A stretch of DNA of 64,000 bases from an uncultured Chthonomonadaceae bacterium. Its GTDB lineage: Bacteria; Armatimonadota; Chthonomonadetes; Chthonomonadales; Chthonomonadaceae. The position numbers and the translations under genes were made by a program. The stretch spans positions 32,001 to 96,000 of the forward strand of contig CAWIEK010000016.1 of assembly GCA_963835065.1 (NCBI GenBank), written 5' to 3'. The notes beneath the pieces are model-generated. The model did not search any database. It saw only the letters and a program-made list of their open reading frames with translations, and had not been told where the DNA came from. Below are positions 10,393-30,593 of the stretch, one piece after another (the stretch's first letter is position 1; each line of letters begins with the position of its first letter).

Positions 10393-10574
10393 TGTATAGT
10401 GGACGCATGTATTCTATAGACAGGGCATGTGGGGCAAAAGGTTCGCTTTTTTCGCGTTGTTTGGCTCTTTTTTCTGTCTTTTGTCTCTGTTTGCGGGATC
10501 GTTGCAAATCGGAGGAGGCTAATACATTCATTCGCCTAAATTATTGGGGTAGATCAGAGTTGACCATCGAAGAG

Positions 10575-10742
10575 CGCAACGAAATGAATTTCTTTGCTGT
10601 AGGGCCTGCGGCCAAGTGTGCTTCGCACACGCTCTTTTATTGAAAGTTGATTGCATGAAGGGGTGTCCGCGCGGGCGGACATTGGGACGTCAGGGGCGCA
10701 GCAAGCAAGCGCCCCTACAGCAAAGGAATTCATTTCGTTGCG
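10575..10742. repeat. MITE/REP-like element with ~29-bp terminal inverted repeats
   Basis: gcaacgaaatgaatttctttgctgtaggg ... ccctacagcaaaggaattcatttcgttgc. Confidence 0.8.
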
Positions 10743-10786
10743 ACCTTCCGCCTGCACAATATCACAGTATTCTGGTTAAGAAGGCA

Positions 10787-11713
10787 TTAATCCGCTGTAG
10801 TTGCTGCCTCATCAATCGCAGCGGCCAACGTGTCGTAAGTGGCGATAGTGTGCTGTACTTTCAGCAGACTGCTGAGACTGACGCCCTTTTGCTCCGCGAA
10901 CTTGGCGTTCAGCGTGGACGCCGCCACAACGTAGAACGTCCATTGCGCGATGTTGAGCGGGTCAATACTCTGCTTGTCCGTATGGTGCAGTAGGCAGAAT
11001 ACGTACACATCGGCCTGACGGCGCTTTTCTTCCTCGTACTTGCCGGTTGTCCTGTCCCAAGAGAGAGAAGGACTGATGCTGAACTGAATAGTAGACAGGC
11101 GGGCATGTGACCATGATTGCAGGTACGCACATGACTTTACTTCTACCTTCACGCCCTGCTCTGTTTTGACATCGTAGGCATCCCACTCGTCTCTCACTCC
11201 CTGCGTTTGTCCCAACGCGGAAGCGACAAGAAACTCCGCAAAAATGCCTCGTGTGGCATTGCTAACCAAGTCCGAAACAGACCACCGCCAGAAATTCAAC
11301 ACCGTCGCGTTAAGTGGCTGCCCGTTATCATGTATAGTCTCACTCCCTTGCAGCGGGCTAACTTGCAGAGCCGGGTAGTCATGCGCTTTCACTTCTTCCA
11401 TGATTTTGCTAACCTCCACAAGTGGCGTAACGTCCCGATTAGTAGTAAGCCCCGGCTTACAACGTTTGCAAACAACTATCGTCACATTATTGTTTTTAGC
11501 CCATACCTCAAGTTCATTACGGTCATCGGAGGCGATCTTAGGATTTTCAGTGCTGCCGTACCCCTCAGCAGGATTCATGCCACTACAGCCAACCTTGTGC
11601 AGCATCCACTCGCCCTTCTTCGGACGCTTGTTCAGATAGAAGCCGTGAAGATGTTGTGCCAGCCAAAGTTGGCACTGCATATCTTGTTCTTTGTTAAAGA
11701 ATTCCTCTACCAT
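10787..11713 (-). CDS. PD-(D/E)xK nuclease-like protein with N-terminal His/Cys domain
   Basis: GIFAEFLV...YDV...VEVKS catalytic pattern; N-terminal LHKVGC...CKRC. Confidence 0.65.
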   Translation of the reverse strand: MVEEFFNKEQDMQCQLWLAQHLHGFYLNKRPKKGEWMLHKVGCSGMNPAEGYGSTENPKIASDDRNELEVWAKNNNVTIVVCKRCKPGLTTNRDVTPLVEVSKIMEEVKAHDYPALQVSPLQGSETIHDNGQPLNATVLNFWRWSVSDLVSNATRGIFAEFLVASALGQTQGVRDEWDAYDVKTEQGVKVEVKSCAYLQSWSHARLSTIQFSISPSLSWDRTTGKYEEEKRRQADVYVFCLLHHTDKQSIDPLNIAQWTFYVVAASTLNAKFAEQKGVSLSSLLKVQHTIATYDTLAAAIDEAATTAD

Positions 11714-11821
11714 GTTGCTGCCTTCCTTGAGGGGTAATTCTTAATTGCCTGCTCACCTTACGTGAGGAAAATTCTCCCTATCGCGCTGGAATGAATTCTT
11801 TAGTAAATTTGATTGATGGTT

Positions 11822-12130
11822 CTATAACAAACAGAAATCTTTGAGAACGGTTGGAATGTGGTCGGCGGCCCAATCGGTTTCCAGATGAACGCGGATGTGG
11901 TCGCCGGGGCTGACTTCGCGGCGTAAACGTTCCTGCAAAATGGCATCCGTTACCCACACCGCTTTGGAGAAGTGCCTGATTGCGCCATTGTCCAGCGTGA
12001 GCGCCAGAACAAAGGTCAGGTGGAGAGGGTTGCCGTACTCTATATGCGAAACCGTCACCGGCAGCCACCGCGTATACAGGCGCGACGGTCCCTCTGTAGC
12101 CGCGTCCGGCGAAAGAATGGTTTCACTCAT
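11822..12130 (-). CDS. hypothetical protein
   Basis: RBS AAGGAG before ATG; 102 aa. Confidence 0.6.
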   Translation of the reverse strand: MSETILSPDAATEGPSRLYTRWLPVTVSHIEYGNPLHLTFVLALTLDNGAIRHFSKAVWVTDAILQERLRREVSPGDHIRVHLETDWAADHIPTVLKDFCLL

Positions 12131-12447
12131 TATCTGCTCCTTAATCCAACGTTATGCGGTCTTCCTGTTCCAATCGCTGCAAGCGCTTGCTGGTAGGCTC
12201 GCCGGTTCCCTAATCAGACAAGAGGGTATCTGTCAGACTGTCGGCGTTGTTCTCGGACATTCACCTTCCTTCACCATAGTAGTTTATAATGTTGCCATGC
12301 AATCAGGCTTCTATTATACCTTTCTGCGTTTACAGGCGGAACGGGCTGGCGCTGAGGCCGATATTGACGCGGGTTTTGCTGTAGACGGTTTCGCCCGCTT
12401 TCTGGTTCTCGTTGTTGTAGAGTTCGATGCGGTGGGACGTGTCGAGG

Positions 12448-13347
12448 CTAGCGGTTTTCCAGCAGGCGAGCTAAATAGCCTTCCTCTTTCCGTATCGGCT
12501 TCCAACCCGAAGAACTCCGAGTGAGCCAGACAACAACATGCTTGGGCAAGTCCTTTTCGGCCTCTAATCCATATACTGCAACGTGTGAGGAGACAACCAT
12601 AGATTTTACCTGGGGAACATTCGTACCTATATGCCGCGACCATTGCAGGAAATCAAAAACCAGAGAGCCAACCTCGCTGTTTTGATAACTTCCATCCGGT
12701 TGCTTCACCGCCAGGTCAAATGTAGAGGAAGTTTTTTGATAATGTTCGGCAAAACTGACGACGGAATAATCAGATGTCCAGGCGATTAACTGATCGTAGT
12801 CCCGGTTGTCAAAGATATCAACCGAGAAATTATCAATTAAGTCGTCTGTTGGACCACCTATATCAACACCAACTTGGATAGCAGGATACCAGTGTTGTTG
12901 TTTCATAATCCGATGGATTTCCGTTTGGACAGCGGGATTCAAGGCTCCTTTGCTGAGAAAACTGTCGTCAGCCTGCTCCTGCGTAATGGGTTCTGAGGAT
13001 TTACTCGGCAGCGACAGCAGAATGACTTTCCTGGTGGTGGGATCTCCCATCGTGCAATAAAGGTGTCCGCGATACACCAGGAGCGTACTCAGCGGCTCCA
13101 GCGTTTGTGGCAGTTTCCAGTCCGCTACCCTGCGACCTTTTGCCGTCCACTCTTTGACGTGATAGCCGTCTGTAAACCGCGCGTAAGTGTACAGGTGTTT
13201 CGATTGTAAACCATAAGCCAGATCGAACACCTTATCAACCTCTATAGAGCGCATGTGGAGAACATTCTGGCCTTTGCTGCCTGCAAAGACTTGCGACGTT
13301 TGAATTTGCGCGGAGAATAGCAGGCAAGTCAGGGCTGGAACAAGCAT
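12448..13347 (-). CDS. hypothetical exported protein
   Basis: RBS GAGG; signal-peptide-like start; 299 aa. Confidence 0.65.
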   Translation of the reverse strand: MLVPALTCLLFSAQIQTSQVFAGSKGQNVLHMRSIEVDKVFDLAYGLQSKHLYTYARFTDGYHVKEWTAKGRRVADWKLPQTLEPLSTLLVYRGHLYCTMGDPTTRKVILLSLPSKSSEPITQEQADDSFLSKGALNPAVQTEIHRIMKQQHWYPAIQVGVDIGGPTDDLIDNFSVDIFDNRDYDQLIAWTSDYSVVSFAEHYQKTSSTFDLAVKQPDGSYQNSEVGSLVFDFLQWSRHIGTNVPQVKSMVVSSHVAVYGLEAEKDLPKHVVVWLTRSSSGWKPIRKEEGYLARLLENR

Positions 13348-13588
13348 TTTGCGCCTCTCAATAATGCGAACAATGAGTTGTTCGTCTTTCTCGCTTTGTG
13401 AAAACAGCTACAGGTATAATGTTGCCGGATGAGGAGAGATGAAAAAAAGAGAGGGTAAGTTTGACGACTTATCCCTCTCTGTTCAACTCTTCGCGTATGC
13501 GCGGTACGGTTCAGGCGCGCATACCGCGCAAGGACATTCGTGTGCAACCACGATGTATCCCTGTGGCAGCGCCATGTAGGAGAAGACA

Positions 13589-13687
13589 ATGGAAACGATC
13601 TTCCATGTCCTGGGCATCGTGTATTACACGATGGCGATTACTCACCTCGTCTCTGAGTACATTCAGAAAAACAAGGCGAAAGAGTAG
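13589..13687 (+). CDS. 32-aa hydrophobic peptide, type I toxin-like
   Basis: AGGAG RBS; METIFHVLGIVYYTMAITHLVSEYIQKNKAKE is one hydrophobic helix plus a charged tail. Confidence 0.6.
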   Translation: METIFHVLGIVYYTMAITHLVSEYIQKNKAKE

Positions 13688-13702
13688 GCCATAGCCCACA
13701 TC

Positions 13703-13736
13703 CCCGTCAGGGTGTAGCGCCCCTGGCGGGGTTTGT
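13703..13736 (+). terminator. strong hairpin downstream of the small peptide
   Basis: ccccgtcaggg-tgtagcgc-ccctggcgggg then tttg. Confidence 0.65.
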
Positions 13737-14007
13737 CTCAACCTGAAATATCCGCATACGCACCGGAACTTTCGCCCCGATAAGTTATTGTATCACAAAA
13801 CCTGCGTTTCTACAGAGTTGAGATGGGCTGGATTTCATAATTTTCTGGAAAAACCTGCGGCGTTTTGAAACCGCCGGCCTGAAGCGGCTGCAACAAGACG
13901 TTTCGGGCCGGGCAAACAAAAGCGCGCCGACTGCGTATCTCCAAAGGATTACGCCATTCCAAGTAGTCGCCGAGTACACAGTGTTGTGCCACAGGAGCGC
14001 GTTCGCC

Positions 14008-15478
14008 ATGACTGCCAACCCCATGCCGCCGTTTGATTTACGCGCCCGCGCGCATCAGGCTATGCTTGATAACGGGTTCACGCCCGACATGACTCCCGAT
14101 GTGGCCGCGCAGGTGCGGCAGTTGGCGCAGCATACCGATACGTCGGCAGCATCCAATGCGCGCGATTTGCGGCATTTGCTGTGGTCGTCCATTGACAACG
14201 ACGATTCGCGGGATTTGGATCAGATCGAAGTGGCGGAAAGTTTGGCGGACGATGCGATTCGCGTTCTGGTGGGCATTGCCGATGTGGACGCTTATGTTCC
14301 CGACGGCTCGCCCATTGACCGCCATGCGCGGGCAAACGGCGTAACGGTGTATACGGGCGTGGAAACGTTTCCCATGCTGCCGGAAGAACTGTCTACCGGC
14401 CTGACTTCGCTTTTGGAAGACCAGCCCCGGCTTGCCATTATCATTGATATGACCGTTGACGCGAAAGGCACTGTTACCGCCAGTGACGTGTACCCCGCCC
14501 TGACGCAGAACCGCGCCCGTCTGACGTATAACGCGGTTGGCGCGTGGCTTGATGGACAAGCCCCTATTCCCCCGCCCGTCGCGCAGGTTGCCGGGTTGGA
14601 AGACCAGATACGGCTTCAGCACCAGGCGGCGCAACGTATCCATGCGTACCGGCAGGAGCAAGGCGCACTCGAATTTGAAACTGTCGAGGCCATGCCCGTC
14701 ACGCAGAACGGGAATGTGGTTGATCTAACCGTGAACCGCAAGAACGCGGCAAGCAGTTTGATCGAAAACTTCATGGTGGCCGCCAATACCACGATGGCGA
14801 CGTTTTTGGAGGCCCGTAAAGTGGCGTCCCTGCAGCGCGTGGTTCGCGCCCCGCAGCGCTGGGACAGGATCGTGGAAATCGCGCGGCAATTCGGCGATAC
14901 GCTTCCCGATACGCCCGATTCCCGCGCCCTTGCCGATTTCCTGACACGGCGCAAAGCCGCCGATCCCGACCATTTTCCCGACCTGTCGCTTTCCATTGTG
15001 AAGCTGCTCGGTCCGGGCGAGTACGCGGTTGTGGACGATCCTTCCGATCCGCAGGGGCATTTCGGATTGGCCGCGTACCGCTATACGCACTCCACCGCGC
15101 CCAACCGCCGCTATCCCGACCTGATTATTCAGCGCCTGCTTAAAGCCGTCGTTCACCAGACTCCCCCACCCTACTCCCTTGACGCCCTGAACGCCATCGC
15201 CGCCCAATGTAACCTGCGCGACGCGGCTTCCCGCAAAGTGGAGCGGCTGATGCGCAAAGTGATCGCCGCCACGCTTGCTCAGTAAGCACATCGGGCAGGA
15301 ATACGATGCCATTGTCACGGGCGCAACTCCCAAAGGCACGTTCGTTCGCCTGCTTTCCCCGCCCGTCGAAGGCCGCATTGTCCGCAACGAAGCCGGCCTT
15401 GACGTGGGCGACAAACTCCGCGTCCGCCTGCTGTCCACCGACGCCGAACGCGGCTTCATAGATTTCGCAAGGGAGTAG
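14008..15478 (+). CDS. RNB-domain ribonuclease (RNase II/R family), frameshifted near 15280
   Basis: SIDNDDSRDLDQ, LIENFMVAAN, HFGLA..YTHSTAPNRRYPDL; S1 domain in ORF 15275-15478. Confidence 0.92.
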
Positions 15479-15564
15479 GGTACACTCTCAAAACCATACA
15501 ACCCTAAAACCATAGAACCCTAACACCCTAACACCCTATTCTTTGAAACGAGGATCGAACGCGC

Positions 15565-25702
<10,138 letters not shown>

Positions 25703-25863
25703 TGTCTTGAACCATGATTTATGTGATTTTTAGGATTATCATGATTCTATGGCACATTCCCTGTCTTCAACGATACAAGGTATGTGATCAGAGGAAAAAC
25801 ATCAGGAACGCGCTTCCTCAATCATGGTAATCACAATAACCACATAAATCATGGTTCCAGACA
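25703..25863. repeat. MITE-like element, copy A (TGAACCATGATTTATGTGATT ends)
   Basis: Terminal inverted repeats and internal AGGAACGCGC shared with 45947-46096 and 53876-54049. Confidence 0.85.
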
Positions 25864-26457
25864 AAAACGGGTGTAATCTTCGGGCGTATCCACATCCAAA
25901 GCGCCCTGTGGAAACGGGATGGTAGCAATATCGTCGGGATGTTTGGTGAAAATCTGTTTTGCGCCCGCCGCGCCCTGTAAAGCCAGCAGTTCAGGATACA
26001 GCGAACTGTCTAATAACGCCGGTACGCCTATGCTGCCGCCGTATTCACAGGCGACAATCGGCTTGCGTGTTTCGCGCCACGTTACTGCCATTTCCGTCAG
26101 CAGTTGGGGCGTGACGAACGGCTGATCGCACAACATGAAGAGTAGGGAGTAGGGAGTAGGGAGTAGGGAGTAGGCCGTTGTTGCGCCGGCTTGCAGGGAA
26201 CTGCTCATGCCTTGCTGCCAGTTGGGATTGAGGGCAATGTAAACCTCTAAGCCGTTCAGTTCGGGGCGGAGCAGGTCGGCGTTTGCGCCTAAAACGACAA
26301 TGACGGGGCGGAAGGGTGTGGCAAGCGCGGTTTGGGCGGCATGGCGCAGCAGGCTTTGCCCGCGAAACAACAGCAGTTGCTTGGGCTGTCCCATGCGCGC
26401 CGACTCGCCCGCCGCCAAAATCACAATCGCCACAGTGTGGCGCACAACTGCTTCCAT
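25849..26457 (-). CDS. nucleotidyltransferase, molybdenum cofactor cytidylyltransferase (MocA)-like
   Basis: ILAAGESARMGQPKQLL, GMSSSL, LCDQP, DVDTPEDY. Confidence 0.9.
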   Translation of the reverse strand: MEAVVRHTVAIVILAAGESARMGQPKQLLLFRGQSLLRHAAQTALATPFRPVIVVLGANADLLRPELNGLEVYIALNPNWQQGMSSSLQAGATTAYSLLPTPYSLLFMLCDQPFVTPQLLTEMAVTWRETRKPIVACEYGGSIGVPALLDSSLYPELLALQGAAGAKQIFTKHPDDIATIPFPQGALDVDTPEDYTRFCLEP

Positions 26458-26493
26458 AACAACTTATGCCATTTCCGCCGTAATCAGCGCCGT

Positions 26494-27997
26494 TTAGAAT
26501 GTACGGACGCCCTTCTTGAGCGTGTTGTCCCAGCGATGGGCGCAAAGGTAGTCCAGAGCGGCGTGGAGGGCGCGGGGCGTGTTTGAGCGCCGCAGGATTT
26601 CCACGCCGAAGCCGCCGACATAGCCGCACTCATCCGGCAGGGTGGCAATAATCAAGTCCAGCCACTCGTCAGACTGCGGTTTCAGGCGCAATAATGCCAT
26701 CATTGCGTTTGTACGCACCTGATTTTGCCCGGTCCAGGCGCGGCGCAGGGGCGTTTGCCAGTCGGGGTTCGTCTGTCAGCAGCAGGCGGCGGAAGTGGGG
26801 CAGCGCGTCGTCCGTGAGAACGCCGATTTGTCCGAGCGCGTCAAGGGCAGTGCGTACTACCGGGTGTGAGGGATGCTGCAATTTGCGCAGAATAGGCGGA
26901 TAAGCGTCTTTGGCCTCTGACCCGATCTCGCCCAATGCGAACAGGGCATTGATCTGCACCCATTCACTCGCATTATCCAGCAGGCCGACAAGCGGGGGAA
27001 CGGCGGACGCGCCCATAGCGGCAAGGGCATACGCGCTGTTCTCCATCACGATTGCGCCCTCGTTCCAGCCGTCCTTTGTACGTCCGGCAAGGTCTGCAAT
27101 CAAAGGCTCAACCGCCGCTTTTCCTATTGCCGCCAGCGCATAGATAGCGTTTTGGCGAATGGGGTCATTGTCCTCCATTGCCGCCTTCAGGCCGGGAATG
27201 GCAGCCGTATCCGCTGATGCTTCCGGCTCCGGCTTGCGCCCACACAGCCAGTCCCACTGCCGACGCCACACGATTTCGGAATCAGCGGGCGCTTCGTGGC
27301 TTTCCGGGGTTCGCCATTCGGGTTCCCGGCAGTCCCATGTCGGCGCGGTTGGTTCTTCGACGCGCGCAAAAACGAACTTTACCATGTGCCGCGTCCGGTC
27401 GGCGGAATTGAAAGAGCCGCCATGCACGGCGTCAAAATGGACAAGTACGCAGGTTCCCCTGCCGCCGCTGCACTGCCTGCCGCGTTCACGGTCAGCAGGC
27501 GTGTGAGTACGATAAAGTTGCGTGGCGGGAATTAGTTGGGTTGGCCCCATTTCGTTCGGGGTGTCCTGCGGATAGTAGAGGAGCATGGCATAGCGCGGAA
27601 AATGGTGGCGCGGGCGCGAGAGCGGGCTGTGGTCGTCCTGATGCCAGCCGACAAAGGTATGGGACCCCTTGCCGACTCTGGTTTCTTTCGCCGTGACCTC
27701 GCCGCCCGGCTCGTTGTTATGTGCAAAACGGTGCGGATGCAACACCGAATTGCGGCCCAACACGCTTGTCAGCGCCCCGCGTATAGTCGGGCTGTCCAGC
27801 ACAATCTGCATTTCCGGCACGGCAGGCAAGACGTTGTTGCCGGGGTTGCTTTCCTGATGCATCAACCATTGCAGCCGGTCATAAATGGTCTGATGAATCT
27901 CCCCGTCCACGTCCGCATTCAGTATCAAATAGCCATCCGTGATGAAACGGCGCATCTGCGCATCCGTCAGCAATACCTCGTCTTGTGTCCTCGCCAT
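26494..27997 (-). CDS. phytanoyl-CoA dioxygenase-family domain fused to HEAT repeats, frameshifted near 26.76 kb
   Basis: FITDGYL, WHQD, VHGG 2OG-Fe motifs; ALFALGEIG and ALDALGQIG repeats; C-terminus in ORF 26494-26718. Confidence 0.8.
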
Positions 27998-28152
27998 ATT
28001 TTTGCCTCTTCCAACACGCTTTACAGTTGCCGTCTTTTCGCCACACGTGAGGTTCATTCCTCCCCCGCATGAAGGAAAAAGGAAAAGGAGCGAGAGTTGC
28101 CAAAGATTATGCAGGAATTAACCGACGGCTTCTACAACATGTTGTTGCGGCT

Positions 28153-30560
28153 ATGCTGTGTCCCGTAAATGTAACAGGAGTATTCTATTTGACAGCGATT
28201 GTCCCCCTCATAGTGTGCGGCGTGGCGTTCCTCGCGGCAGCCTCTTTCCCGGCGGGTGACGCGGTGGATTCGCGCGGCCCTATCGTCACGCCCGGTATGC
28301 AGCCCGTTGTGAGCGCATCCGGCGTACAGGCTCCGGGTTATACCTTTGTCAATGACTGCCGCAAGCCAACGCCGTGGAAGGCGCTTTGGATCGGGCCGGA
28401 TGCCGGGGCGTCTGCGGCTGTGTGCTTGTTCCGCAAGGAAGCGGTGTTTGACGCTGCGCCGACAAAGGTGACAGCATGGCTTTCGGCAGACTGCAAGTAT
28501 CGGCTGTATATCAACGGGCGGCTGGTTTCGCGCGGACCCGTAGATATGGGACGCGATTATGCGGGCGGCTCCACAGGCCGTTGGTTTTATGATTGCCGCG
28601 ACCTGACGCCGTTCTTCCACAAAGGCGTCAACGTGATCGCCGCCGAAGTCTTCCGCGCGTGGCCGATTGGATTTACCGTTTCGCGGGGACAATCCGGTTT
28701 TTTATTCGAGGCGCAAGCCACGCTTCCCGGCAGGAAGCAGCAGACGGTTGCCTCCGATACGAGTTGGCGCTGCCTGCCCGCCCCGCAGTACCCCGATCCT
28801 TCCACCTATGACTCTGCACGGGAGCCGACCGGATGGCGGATGGCAGGCTATAACGATTCCGCCTGGCCGATGTGCCGCGCGGTTAAAGATGTATGGGAGC
28901 CGCTGACTGCCAAGCGAAATACCGTCCCTGATGGAAGCGCGGTATCCGGTTCTGCGCGTGGAGGGATTGCCGGACAGGACAATTAGCGCCGACACCCATT
29001 TTCGCGTTGTTTTTGACCGCGTACTCAGCGCGTATCCCACGCTCAAAATTCGGGGCGGCAAAGGCGCGGTGATTACCATACGGGCGACCCAATCGGCGAC
29101 CTTTCTTTCCGGCGGGGGCGAACAGGAATTTGAATTCCCTTATATGACCGAGATCGCTCCGGCCTACACCGTCGAGATCAAGCATGTCACCACGCCGCTT
29201 GAGATCGTGGATGTTGGGGCGAATTTCACCTCGCAGCCCGTCGCGTATCGGGGCGCGTTTGAATGTAGTGATCCGCAGTTGAACCGTATCTGGGACGTGT
29301 CGCGGTGGGCGGTGCAAATATGCCTGCAAACGCACCATCTGGATTCGCCCAACCATCAGGAGCCTATCAGCGACCCCGGCGATTACCTGATTGAAGCGAT
29401 GGTGAACCATTACGCTTTCGCGCAGCCCTGGCTCACGCGGCAGGATATTCGCAAGTTCGCCTGGCTGCTCAAAGACGAAAAGTACCACAACTTCCACACC
29501 AGCTATTCTATTGGCTGGCTGCAGATGCTGATGGACTACTACGATTACACGGGCGACAAAGCGCTTGTGATCGAAATGGCTCCTTACGTTCATGAACTGC
29601 TCGACACCTACGCCACCTGGCGCGGCAAAAACGGCATTATTTCCGAAGCGCCGAATTATATGTTTATGGATTGGGTGACTATCGGCGGGTTTGAGTGCCA
29701 TCATCCCCCCGCTGTAATCGGGCAGGGCTATCTCACAGCCTACTACTATCATGGGCTGGACATGGCAGCCGCGCGTGGCCGCGTTGATGGACGACACAGC
29801 GCGCGTCCAACACTACGCGCTTTTGCGCTCCGAGATTAAGGCAGCGTTCAATCGGGAACTGTGGGCCGGGGAAAAGGGTCTGTACCGGGATGGCAAGCCG
29901 TTCCAGACTTCGGTAAAGCCGCACCAGTGGCTGCCCGCCGACAAAGACATTGAGACGTTCAGCCCCCATGTCAACCTGCTGGCCGTGCTGTACGATCTTG
30001 CGCCCAAAGAACAGCAGAAGGCGATTGTGGAAAAGGTAATGGCCGAGAAGCCGCTTAACACGCAGCCCTGGTTCATGCACTGGGTTTTTCAGGCGATTGA
30101 CCACGCGCGGCTATTCGATCAGTATGGTACGCCGCAGATGCGCCGCTGGAACATCGTTGCGCCAACGCAGTCTTTCCACGAGATGTGGACGGGAGGCGAT
30201 CTGAGTCATGGCTGGTGTTCCACGCCGCTCGTTCAGATGTCGTCTCGCGTGCTTGGCGTGACACCCGCCTCGCCGGGTTTCAAAACAATCGCTATTCACC
30301 CACAGCTTTGTGATTTGACGTGGGCTAAGGGCCGCGTACCCACGCCGCATGGCGATGTTGCCGTCTCGTGGACGCGGGAAGCCGGTAAATTCACGCTGGA
30401 AATCCACGTGCCGACCGGCAGCGCGGCGGATGTTACCCTGCCTGTTCTGCCGTTTGCGCAGCCAACATTGCGCGTGGACGGCCACGCGGCGACAGGAACG
30501 ATGCGCGTAGGCGCGGGAAACCATCATTTTGAAGTGCGCGACAAGTCAACGAAGATTTAA
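28153..30560 (+). CDS. alpha-L-rhamnosidase-like glycoside hydrolase (GH78), two frameshifts (~28.92 and ~29.77 kb)
   Basis: LSADCKYRLYING, FECSDPQLNRIW, DLSHGWCSTP, GRVPTPHGDV across three consecutive ORFs. Confidence 0.85.
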
Positions 30561-30593
30561 AATCGCTTATCGCGTTAAAGGGGGGATCAGCAG

